From assembly GCA_965263035.1 (NCBI GenBank), contig OZ253580.1, positions 6,080,001 through 6,144,000 on the forward strand: a DNA stretch of 64,000 nucleotides, in the 5' to 3' direction. The position numbers were made by a program, and so were the translations under genes. Every line of letters begins with the position of its first letter. The first letter of the stretch is position 1. This document shows positions 30,553 to 39,330 of this stretch, piece by piece. The stretch is from Acidobacteriota bacterium (GTDB taxonomy: Bacteria; Acidobacteriota; UBA6911; RPQK01; JAJDTT01). The notes beneath the pieces are model-generated. The model saw only the letters and a list, made by a program, of their open reading frames with translations. It was not told where the DNA came from and ran no database searches.

Positions 30553-33500
30553 CCTTGTCCATCCTATGGTTCACAAGACGATCGCTCGCATGCATATTGG
30601 CCGCTGTAACGGTGGCCTTGTCCCACGGTCCCGGAATCCTTCCAGGCCAGTCCTTGGAAAAAGGCGCCATCAGCGGCACCATCTTCGATCCCTCCGGCGC
30701 CTTGGTCCCGGGAGCCGACGTGACGGTGATCAACACCTCGACGGGCGGCGAGAGGGTGCTGATCAGCAACCAGGCGGGACGGTTTCGAGCCGATGTCCTG
30801 CCGGCCGGAGAATACGTGATCGAAATCTCCCTGGCCGGTTTCGCCAGGACGATCGTGGAAGGCGTGGTGCTCTCGGTGGGGCAGGAGTTGATCGAGGACG
30901 TCACCCTCCAGCTCGAGGCGGTCGGTCAGGAAATCACAGTCCAGAGCGGAACCGCCCGCATGGACAAGAGCGAGACCCGCGTCAATACCGCGATCAACAA
31001 CGAATACGTGGAGAACCTGCCCATCAGTGGCCGTGACTTCCGGGATTTCGCCAACCTGTCGCCGACGGCCGACACCACTCCGGGGCTGCGCTCTCCCGTC
31101 AGGCTCCAGGGTCAGGCCGGAGAGTACACGGGACTGATCATCGATGGAGTGGACAACCGGAACTCGTTCTTCGGCGAATGGTTCGGTTCGTTGGAAACCA
31201 AGAACTTCACCGTGCCGCAGGATGCGATTCAGGAGTTCCAGGTTCGCGACACGGGACTCTCGGCGGAGTTCGGGCACGCCACCGGAGGTTTGATCAACGT
31301 GGTGACCAAGTCGGGCACCAACGATTGGCACGGGTCGGCCCACTGGTTCTTCCAGTCCAACACCTTCATCGCGGACACCTCGGTTCCGGCCGATCCGGAA
31401 ACCACCATTGCGCCGGGTTTGAATACCCGGCACCAATTCGGGGGTACGGTCGGGGGACCGATCGCCCGGGACAAGGCCTTCTTTTTCCTGGCCCTGGACG
31501 CCCAACAGCAGAAGGGACCCCTCACCGCCGTCTTCGCCCGCGACGTGTCCGTCCCGCCCTGCCCTTGTCCGGTCCCGTCGTTTTACGGCGGCTCCACTCT
31601 GGCCGAGCTGGAGCGCGGCAGTTCCCAGCGGCAGGACCTGACCGCCGTTCTATCCAAATTCGACTACAACCTCACCAACAATCACTTGGCGACGACCCGC
31701 CTGAACTACACCCGCAACGAGACCGACAACTTTACCGGTTACGCCGGCAGCCAGACCTTCGTGCTGGGCCGGGTGGAATCCAACTTCGAGAACTTCGTCA
31801 ACGAAGGCTGGGCCGCGGCTCAATCGATCACGTCATTGCTGGGGAACGCGAGCGTCAACGAATTTCGATTCTCCTACTCGCAGGAAGTCCGGCCCCGCCG
31901 GGAACGGGCTCCCGGACCGGAGACCGCCATCACCGACACGGGCAACTTCGGCCAGATCTTCTTTCTTCCCATCGACAGCCAGCACAAGCGCTACCAGGTC
32001 ATCGACAGTTTCAGCCGCACCTTCGGAAAACATGACCTCAAGCTGGGAGGCGACCTGAACTCCAACGCGTCCAACCAGACCTTCATCGGGTTTGCCGGGG
32101 GCGTCTACACTTTTTTCAGCCTGGAGGATTTTGTGGCCCGCACTCCGGCCTTCCTGCTCCAACGGGTAGGAATCAACGGTGTCAGTGTGGTGGAGAGCGG
32201 CACCTTGCGGGATTTCTGGCAACACGAACTGTCGTTTTACGTGCAGGACAACTGGCGGGTGCATCCCGATTTCAACCTGAACCTGGGATTGCGATGGGAC
32301 GGAGTCTGGAACCCGAAGTCCGGATTCGGCCTGCCCGAGGCGATGCTGCCGATCGGCAAGCCTCGCATCAATGGAAACAGGGTCTCAGTCGACGTGGCTC
32401 CAGCCTCCTCCGATGTACCCGACGACTTCAACAACTTCGCGCCCCGCGTCGGATTCGCCTGGGACGTGGGCGGCCGGCGCAGCACCATCGTCCGGGGCGG
32501 CGGCGGCATTTACTACGCCGCGACTCCCACCATCTTCGTTGCCGCAATGCTTTCCGGACCGGGACTGCGTTCCGCCGTCGTCTTCGTCCCCTTCTTCGGT
32601 TCCCGTACCGACCTGCTCGGATTCGGCCTGAGTTATCCCGGCCTGCTCCCTTCGACGGCGACTCCCGAGGTCGAGAGCCTCATCGGCCCCCCTCCCATCG
32701 ACTACGTGGATCCCAACTATCAGAGCGCCCGTGTGATCAACGGCCAGGTCGGAATCGAACAGCAGATCGCAGGAGACCTGAGCATCACCGGCACCTATAC
32801 CTTCAACCGGTCGGCCAATCTGCGGACCGGCGGTTTCTTCTCCACGCCTTGGGACCGCAACCTGGACCCGTCCGGCGTGACTCTGGACGAGTACGGCCGC
32901 ACGGTGGGCGGATTCAACCTCCCGCGCCTGGATCCGAACGTCGGCAACGCCAACGCCATCGCCAGCTTCGGAGAGGCCGAGTATCACGCCTTGATCGTCC
33001 AGTTGAAGAAGGATTTCCGAAATCGCACCCAGTTCGGGGTGAACTACTCGTTCTCCAACAACAGAGACAACGCCGCCAGCGACCGCTCCAGCGATGCCTA
33101 CTTCGGACCGTCGGATCCCTTCAACTTCCTGGAGTTGGATTGGGGGCGCAGTCAACTGGACATCACCCACCAGTTCTCGTTTTTCGGCTATTTCGAGCTG
33201 CCGGGGAAACTCCAGTTCAGCACCCTGGTGTCCGCCCGCAGCGGCCGACCTTTTCCGGCGTATTCGGGCCGTTGCGGAGATCCCGGCGTGGCCGACGGGT
33301 CCCCGGGATCCGCCTTCGAAAACAGCTTCCAATGCTCCAACGATTTCAATCCGATCCGCCCGGTGCAAGACGGCGCCCTGCTCGAACGCTACCCGTTCAC
33401 CACCGGCGCCTTCTTTCGCTGGGATTTCCGCCTCAGCCGAGAGTTTGCCTTGGCGGCCAGTGACGCCGCCTTGATTCGTTTCACCTTCGAGGTCTTCAAC

Positions 33501-33635
33501 CTGACCAATTCCGGCAACTACTACAGCACGCCCTTGGCGGCGCGAAACGCCATCTTGGGCGACCCCAACTTCATGCAGTTGGACCAGACCCCGGGTCCCA
33601 TCTCGGCCCAGTTCGGGTTGAAGGTGGTTTTCTAG
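30543..33635 (+). CDS. Oar-like TonB-dependent outer-membrane receptor
   Basis: N-terminal carboxypeptidase-like domain, LPISGRDF, AEFGHATGG.INVVTKSGTN, NNFAPRVGFAWD, terminal F; start codon uncertain. Confidence 0.9.
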   Translation: MQIALSILWFTRRSLACILAAVTVALSHGPGILPGQSLEKGAISGTIFDPSGALVPGADVTVINTSTGGERVLISNQAGRFRADVLPAGEYVIEISLAGFARTIVEGVVLSVGQELIEDVTLQLEAVGQEITVQSGTARMDKSETRVNTAINNEYVENLPISGRDFRDFANLSPTADTTPGLRSPVRLQGQAGEYTGLIIDGVDNRNSFFGEWFGSLETKNFTVPQDAIQEFQVRDTGLSAEFGHATGGLINVVTKSGTNDWHGSAHWFFQSNTFIADTSVPADPETTIAPGLNTRHQFGGTVGGPIARDKAFFFLALDAQQQKGPLTAVFARDVSVPPCPCPVPSFYGGSTLAELERGSSQRQDLTAVLSKFDYNLTNNHLATTRLNYTRNETDNFTGYAGSQTFVLGRVESNFENFVNEGWAAAQSITSLLGNASVNEFRFSYSQEVRPRRERAPGPETAITDTGNFGQIFFLPIDSQHKRYQVIDSFSRTFGKHDLKLGGDLNSNASNQTFIGFAGGVYTFFSLEDFVARTPAFLLQRVGINGVSVVESGTLRDFWQHELSFYVQDNWRVHPDFNLNLGLRWDGVWNPKSGFGLPEAMLPIGKPRINGNRVSVDVAPASSDVPDDFNNFAPRVGFAWDVGGRRSTIVRGGGGIYYAATPTIFVAAMLSGPGLRSAVVFVPFFGSRTDLLGFGLSYPGLLPSTATPEVESLIGPPPIDYVDPNYQSARVINGQVGIEQQIAGDLSITGTYTFNRSANLRTGGFFSTPWDRNLDPSGVTLDEYGRTVGGFNLPRLDPNVGNANAIASFGEAEYHALIVQLKKDFRNRTQFGVNYSFSNNRDNAASDRSSDAYFGPSDPFNFLELDWGRSQLDITHQFSFFGYFELPGKLQFSTLVSARSGRPFPAYSGRCGDPGVADGSPGSAFENSFQCSNDFNPIRPVQDGALLERYPFTTGAFFRWDFRLSREFALAASDAALIRFTFEVFNLTNSGNYYSTPLAARNAILGDPNFMQLDQTPGPISAQFGLKVVF

Positions 33636-33658
33636 ATCCGGCTCCCGCGGCGGCGGCT

Positions 33659-33683
33659 TGGAGCGGCAACTTTCTTGTCGCCG
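33659..33683. repeat. REP-like palindrome
   Basis: TGGAGCGGCAACTTTCTTGTCGCCG. Confidence 0.6.
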
Positions 33684-33716
33684 ACCCGGGGGCTTGGTTT
33701 ACGGAGGATGACTGAA

Positions 33717-33830
33717 ATGGCCAAGTTGACGGTCCGGCTTCCTGATGCCCATCGTGATCGCTTGAAGGCCATGGCCGCGCAGCGTGGCCTGAGTTTGAAT
33801 AGGCTGATGGAGGAAATTTCCGTCCGCTCA
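33717..33830 (+). pseudogene. Ribbon-helix-helix (HicB-like) antitoxin fragment
   Basis: GGAGG RBS; MAKLTVRLPDAHRDRLKAMAAQRGLSLNRLMEE; similarity is lost where it runs into the convergent gene; no toxin partner. Confidence 0.55.
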
Positions 33831-34595
33831 GAACCGAAACTCGTGATCCGGACCCTGGACATGCCGCACAAAGGCTTCCGCGAACTCGCACCGGTACTCG
33901 GCGCCGCGGAATCGGTTCATCAGGTCATGCCGCCGATACATCCCCTCCGGGTTCTGACTGGCGTGGGCATAGGTAGCCTTCTTCTTCAGGGACTCGGTCG
34001 CCGTAATATCCACGTAGTGGGTGGGTGAAAAGGTCTGGCTCTGGATCCCCGAGTAGACCTCGTAGAAGTAGAGGTCGAACTTCCGGTCCATTTTCAGCCA
34101 GGCATCGAAAGCCAGCGTGCCGGCCGCGCGGTGATCGCGGTGGCGGTCGATGGGCCAGTGCGTGAAGAGAAGGTCCGGGTCTTCTCCCTGGATGATCTTC
34201 AGGAAATCCTCGTAGCGCCGATTTCCGGTCTCGGTGTCGCCGTCGATCTGCCCGGCGAAGAGGGGACGCGCTCCCAGAATCCGGCACGCTGCCTGAGCCT
34301 CGGCAGTGCGGATGCGGGCGGCCTCTTCCAGCGACTTTCCCCGGATCCCCCGCTCGCCTCGGGTCAGGTAGAGGGCCGTCACCCGGTGTCCCGCGCCGGC
34401 GTAACGGGCGATGGTCCCGCCGCAACCGGTTTCGGGGTCGTCCGGATGGGCTCCCACGACTACGACCTTGAGTCGGTGGTTGCCCTCGGATTGCTCCGCA
34501 GGGGTCTCGCCCTCGCCTGCGGCGAGCCCTAACAGCGTCCCGCCGGCCAATACTGCCGGAACACCCAACAGGTCACGTCTCGGGATCGATGGCAT
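33828..34595 (-). CDS. PIG-L/LmbE-family deacetylase with TAT signal
   Basis: PRRDLL, GAHPDD, HRDH, HASQ, AEAF. Confidence 0.9.
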   Translation of the reverse strand: MPSIPRRDLLGVPAVLAGGTLLGLAAGEGETPAEQSEGNHRLKVVVVGAHPDDPETGCGGTIARYAGAGHRVTALYLTRGERGIRGKSLEEAARIRTAEAQAACRILGARPLFAGQIDGDTETGNRRYEDFLKIIQGEDPDLLFTHWPIDRHRDHRAAGTLAFDAWLKMDRKFDLYFYEVYSGIQSQTFSPTHYVDITATESLKKKATYAHASQNPEGMYRRHDLMNRFRGAEYRCEFAEAFVRHVQGPDHEFRF

Positions 34596-34622
34596 CTCAT
34601 GCCTCCTTGGAGGAGCGACGTT

Positions 34623-34789
34623 CTAGGAGCCTGCGCCGCAGAAATTAATCTACTGCGAAAGCGGTAGAATCGGTCCATATTTCCTCGATTTCTCGGCGAA
34701 TAGAACAACTATGCACCTCCAAATCGAGAAAATCTGGCCTCGATTCCCCACTTTCTCGCTACGATCATTTCTACCGCGCAGACTCCTAG
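34623..34789 (-). mobile_element. MITE family A, copy 2 (inverted)
   Basis: Reverse complement of 1627-1793, CTAG on both sides. Confidence 0.88.
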
Positions 34790-34885
34790 TCGCCCAAATC
34801 CTTCGCTTATATTCCCCCTCGCACCAGTTTCCCTCTTCATCCGTCGCCTTGTCGCTTCAAGCTCCTCCGGAGTTCGGCGACTGGA

Positions 34886-35527
34886 GTCGCGGTAGGGACG
34901 CCGGTTGCCCAGCGCCCCCCGCGCAGATCCGTGCGTGCCCGTTAAGGCACACGGCTCCTACCTCAGGTAATGACGGCAGGTCGCGACGCCCGCCGTATCC
35001 GACCCCCGCCTGTGTCACGGTAGCCCGGCTCTGAGTCCGGTCCGTACTTTGGTGAGCCGAATTCCCCTTGGTTCCACCCCTTCGCTCCACCGACTCCGCA
35101 GAGAGTTCCCCCTCCTTGTTCGCCCGCTTCATCACTACTATGGGTGAATCCGATTGCTTCCTCTCTCCCCTCATGGGTTACGGCTTTCCCCTTTCCCACA
35201 AGGCCCCGGCTCTCGCCGGGGAGAGAGTAAGCCCTCCCAGGTCCCGACACCAGATGTACGTACGTGCATGGGTTCTTTGACACCGCAGAGCCCGGCTGCC
35301 CCTCACCCTGGCGGTCCAGCCGGTGTTGCCTTCGACCGCGACTACAGCCTCGGCACTTCCGATCAGGGAGCTTTCGATGCTCAATAGCCTGCCCATACGC
35401 ACCGCTACCGACGCTTCGCCGACACCCTCACGGGTGCCCACGCACGGCTCGCGGAGAAACGTGGATGGTTAGTCCTTCGTTTCAGCGGACTTTCACCGCC
35501 TATCTTGTGCCAGTTAGCCTGGCGCAC
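34886..35527 (-). mobile_element. ORF-less group II intron (642 nt) inserted in a REP palindrome
   Basis: 5' GTGCG; domain V GAGCCGTGTGCC..GGCACGCACGGATC (34957-34926); domain VI ending CCCTACCGCGAC; EBS1/EBS2 complementary to the 5' exon; only short RT-terminus remnants in domain IV. Confidence 0.9.
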
Positions 35528-35577
35528 AGTCGCCGCTCCTGCTCGGCGGTTGGAAACCGCCGCTTGTCTGTTTAAAT

Positions 35578-35744
35578 GGGGCCGTCCGGGTCGCTCATGA
35601 GCGACCCGGACGGCGGTGGCTGGACCGTACCGCCGCGGACTGTTACGAACCGTATGGGAGTGAGGTCGGCCACCGTCTTTCCCGATGTCCTGAATGGATA
35701 CGAGGGCATCAAGGCCCGAATGACAAGCACAGGAGACAGGAAAG
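35578..35744 (+). ncRNA. IS110 bridge RNA (5' hairpin, target-binding loop, donor-binding loop)
   Basis: Perfect hairpin 35581-35614; guides ACCGCCGC (35629-36), ATGGGAG (35654-60), ATGGATAC (35694-701), GACAAG (35722-27); RNA ends approximate. Confidence 0.82.
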
Positions 35745-36692
35745 ATGAAACAGCATACCGTAGGCATCGACATCTCGAAAGCGCACCTGGACGCGCACCG
35801 GCTGGCCGACGGCCATTCCGCCCAGTTCGACAATGACCCGGCCGGCTTCCGGGCGCTGATTGATTGGATCGGAACTCCGGTCGAGTGCGTCGCGTACGAG
35901 GCCACCGGTCCCTACCACCGGGACCTCGAGGAAGCGCTGTCCAAAGCGAAGCTGCCGCTGGCGAAGGTGAACCCCTGGCAGGCGCGGCGCTTCGCCGAGG
36001 CGACCGGGAGCCGCGCCAAGACCGACGCCGTAGACGCTCGGAAACTGGCCCAGCTGGCCGCCACGCTGGAGCCGCGCCGGACCCAGGTGCCGTCCAAAAC
36101 GCAACGCCGGCTCCAGGATCTGCAGACGTCCCGGGACGCGCTGATGCGCCAGCGCACGGCCGCGCTCAACCGCCGCCGACAGCTCCGCGAACCCCTGCTC
36201 AAACAGCAGAACCAGATCCAGATCAACATGTTCGAGCGCCACCTGCGCGCCATCGACCGCAAAATGCAGCAGCTGATTGCGGCCGACGAGGCGCGGGCCC
36301 GCAAGTTGGAGATCCTCACCTCCATCCCGGGGATCGCGGCCACCACCGCCGCCGGTCTGCTGGCCGAGATGCCCGAGCTGGGCGCCCTCAGCGGCAAGGC
36401 CGCCGCCAGTCTGGCCGGGTTGGCCGCCGTTCCGCGCGAGTCGGGGGCTTGGCAGGGCCGGGCCTTCATCCGGGGCGGACGGGCGCGGGCGCGACGGCTC
36501 CTGTACATGCCGGCGGTGGCCGCCCTGCGTTGGAACCCCGACTTGGCCGAGGTGTACCGGAGGCTGAGCGAGCGCGGCAAGCCCGGCAAGGTGGCCCTCG
36601 TCGCCGTCATGCGCAAGCTTATCGTCCTGGCCAACACCCTCGTCCGGCAGGACCGCACCTGGTTGCCCGTAGCGCCCCGAGCGACCTTCTGA
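35745..36692 (+). CDS. IS110-family DEDD recombinase/transposase
   Basis: GIDISK, EATGPY, AKTDAVDA, SIPGI, GLA..PRESG, AVMRKL. Confidence 0.95.
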   Translation: MKQHTVGIDISKAHLDAHRLADGHSAQFDNDPAGFRALIDWIGTPVECVAYEATGPYHRDLEEALSKAKLPLAKVNPWQARRFAEATGSRAKTDAVDARKLAQLAATLEPRRTQVPSKTQRRLQDLQTSRDALMRQRTAALNRRRQLREPLLKQQNQIQINMFERHLRAIDRKMQQLIAADEARARKLEILTSIPGIAATTAAGLLAEMPELGALSGKAAASLAGLAAVPRESGAWQGRAFIRGGRARARRLLYMPAVAALRWNPDLAEVYRRLSERGKPGKVALVAVMRKLIVLANTLVRQDRTWLPVAPRATF

Positions 36693-37086
36693 GGCCACGG
36701 AGAAACCCCGTGAGGAAAGGGAGCGTGTGGACCCCCTGATGGCCGTCTGTCGAACTTCCGGTCAAGTCTGGCCGGAAGCTTGCTTACGGCCATGAAAGCT
36801 CTTCACGCCCTGGGGAGCGCCGGGTCACCCGAAGGGTCGCAGCGAAGCGGAGGAGCCGGAGGCTTGACCCGACGCTCCCCAGGGCGTATCCGGACCTCCC
36901 GGAGGACTGACGTCGACGATCTCAGGTCCCTCGATCCAGTTATCGGTCCACTCATCGCCCCCTGCACGGCGCCCGGCGGATCCAGCTCGATCTCCGCCTC
37001 ACCTCCGGCGGAAGAACGCTCCTCCTAACCCTGTGCCCTTTGGACCGGACAGATCACGTACTAACGACACGGGATGGAAACACCGA

Positions 37087-39330
37087 TTAGCACCCACCAC
37101 TTGCAACATGGATACTCCTCTCCAGAAACCGGTCGGTGCTGTCGGGATCGATCCGGCGGCAACTCCGGCGCAGGGCGAGAGCCACCACTTCCAGGTCCCG
37201 GCTGCAGGCGGTGTCCCACTTGGAGAGCGCGGCGAACTCGCCGCACAGCAGGGCCAACCGGAGCATATGGCGAAACAGAATCCCCTCCTGCTTGACCAGA
37301 CCGCGGCTGTGGACGAACCGGTTGAAGTTCCCGCCGAGATCCAGGAGGTGCCCGGCGGCCCAGACCGGCCGAACCCTCAACTGGGAGACCTGGGGCAATC
37401 GCCCATTGAAGACGAGCCGCAGCTTGGCGGCCAGAGTCGGACCCGGACCCGCCTGCATGAGTTCCTCCCGCAACCTCGTCTCCGTCCCCCCGGCCGGTCC
37501 CAGCCGCGCCAACTCGGGATTGAGACAGTTCGTCTCCAGCGGTCCGGGGTCCAACCTTCGAGCGTCCGGTACCGGAACGGATCGGGCGACGGCTCCCGAG
37601 AGCTCCAGCACGCTCTCCAGGGCCTGAATTCGCTCGCTCCGGCTGGCCCGGGGGAGCAGATCCCTCAGGAAGTCGCCGTAGAGGGGATTGATGCCGCGAA
37701 AGGCCAGCAGCCGATCCAGCCGCGGCGTGGCCTGGGCCAACACCGGCCGGTAGTCTCCGCGGTCCTCCGGATCCGGAGGCGGCTCCGGGTCCAACGTCAC
37801 ATAACCTCCCAGCCGGAGGGTGAGCAGCATGTCATTCAGGGCTCTCTGGGCCGACTGCACCGCTCGGGCGCTGAGCAACCGCTTCCCGACCATGGCTCGG
37901 ACCTCGCCGACCCGGGGGGAACGTTTCAACAGGTAAGCCAGATACCTCCAAGGCAGGGGGCCCCGGCTGGCCAGGGCCGCCGGCCGCGCGGCGACCAGAC
38001 GGCGAAACTGGGCCTGGTCCCAAGCGGGCCGGTTCTGCCTCCCGGACCTCATCTTCCGGGCCAGGGACTTGCGAGCCTGGCGAAACGCGGACTTGCGGGT
38101 GCGGGCGGGGATCGACTCCAACCGCCGCTTGCGGCGCAGGAGTTTCACCTGTTCCTCCGGCGCCAGGGCCAGGACAAAGCCCCGCCGGTCCCATTGGGGC
38201 CGTCCGGCCCGGCCGAAGATCTGGTGGGCGGTGGTGGCGTCCAGCGCCCGTTTCTGCCGGGGCGGGCCCTTGACCAGGCTCTTCAGCACCACGGACCTGG
38301 CCGGCAGATTGATCCCGGCCGACAGGGTCTCGGTGCAGATGACCACGGGGAGAAGCCGGCGCTGGAACAACTCCTCCACCACGCGCCGGTACTTGGGGAG
38401 GATCCCGGCATGATGAACCCCCACGCCGCGCAGCAGGAGTTGCCGCAGGACGGGTCCGGCTCCGTCGGACAGGTCCAGGTCCCGTACCCGGGCGGCCAGC
38501 GTCCGCTTCCGGCTCCCGTCCACCAGGGGCCGGCCCTTGAGCCGTACCGCCATCGACCAACACTCCCGGCGGTTGAAACAGAACACCAGACAGGGGCTCC
38601 TTCGCCCCTTCTTCCCTCCCCGGACCAGTTCCACCAGCAGCTCTTCCAGCAGCAGGTCGCCGACCCACTGGTACGTCAACGGCACCCGCCGTTCCCTTCC
38701 CTGGAGCAGCTGCATTTGCCGGCCGTGGCTGTTCCGAAGCCAGCGCGTGAAGGACTCGGGACGGCCCACCGTGGCCGAGAGCAGCAGCAGCCTCACGTGC
38801 TTGGGAAGCAGCGAAAGGGACAACTCCCAGACGATGCCGCGTTCCGGGTCCCGGAACGTGTGGAATTCGTCCTTGACCACCACGGCGACGCGATCGAAAT
38901 CGAAGTTGTCGGGTCGCAGCAGGCGATTGAGGAGGATCTCGGCCACCACCACCCGTACCGGCGCGTCAGGGTTGACCTGCCGGTTCCCGGTCACCAGCCC
39001 CACGGTGTCGCCGGGGAATCCCCAGCGTACGGCGGCGGCCTGCATCTCCCGGAATTTCTGCTCGGTCAGCGCGATGAGCGGAGTGGTGTAGTAGGCCGTT
39101 CGGCCGCTGTGGAGAGCCTCGAAGAGGGCCCCTTCGGCGATCAAGGTCTTGCCGGTGCCGGTGGGCGCGGTCACCAGCAGGTCCTCTTCCGAGGCGTACC
39201 AAGCCTCCAGAGCGTCCCTCTGAAAAGGATAGGGTTTGAAAGGAAGAGACTGCAGGTAACGATCCAGCAGCTCTCGCCGCCGGGTCGAGGCTGTTTCGAT
39301 CACTCGCTGGGAGTCAGCCGTGGACCTCAC
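37087..39330 (-). CDS. Ski2-like DEAD/DEAH-box helicase; present C-terminus supplied by the IS110 right end
   Basis: APTGTGKT, DEFH, LSAT, HHAG, TETLSAGINLPAR, QIFGRAGR. Confidence 0.9.
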   Translation of the reverse strand: MRSTADSQRVIETASTRRRELLDRYLQSLPFKPYPFQRDALEAWYASEEDLLVTAPTGTGKTLIAEGALFEALHSGRTAYYTTPLIALTEQKFREMQAAAVRWGFPGDTVGLVTGNRQVNPDAPVRVVVAEILLNRLLRPDNFDFDRVAVVVKDEFHTFRDPERGIVWELSLSLLPKHVRLLLLSATVGRPESFTRWLRNSHGRQMQLLQGRERRVPLTYQWVGDLLLEELLVELVRGGKKGRRSPCLVFCFNRRECWSMAVRLKGRPLVDGSRKRTLAARVRDLDLSDGAGPVLRQLLLRGVGVHHAGILPKYRRVVEELFQRRLLPVVICTETLSAGINLPARSVVLKSLVKGPPRQKRALDATTAHQIFGRAGRPQWDRRGFVLALAPEEQVKLLRRKRRLESIPARTRKSAFRQARKSLARKMRSGRQNRPAWDQAQFRRLVAARPAALASRGPLPWRYLAYLLKRSPRVGEVRAMVGKRLLSARAVQSAQRALNDMLLTLRLGGYVTLDPEPPPDPEDRGDYRPVLAQATPRLDRLLAFRGINPLYGDFLRDLLPRASRSERIQALESVLELSGAVARSVPVPDARRLDPGPLETNCLNPELARLGPAGGTETRLREELMQAGPGPTLAAKLRLVFNGRLPQVSQLRVRPVWAAGHLLDLGGNFNRFVHSRGLVKQEGILFRHMLRLALLCGEFAALSKWDTACSRDLEVVALALRRSCRRIDPDSTDRFLERSIHVASGGC

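Larger units (their letters stand above)
35565..37116 (+). mobile_element. IS110-family element inserted at a CT core in a REP
   Basis: Left junction ACCGCCG-CT|TGTC, right junction ATGGATA-CT|CCTC; both match guides in the left-end ncRNA; no TIR/TSD, as expected for IS110. Confidence 0.88.
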
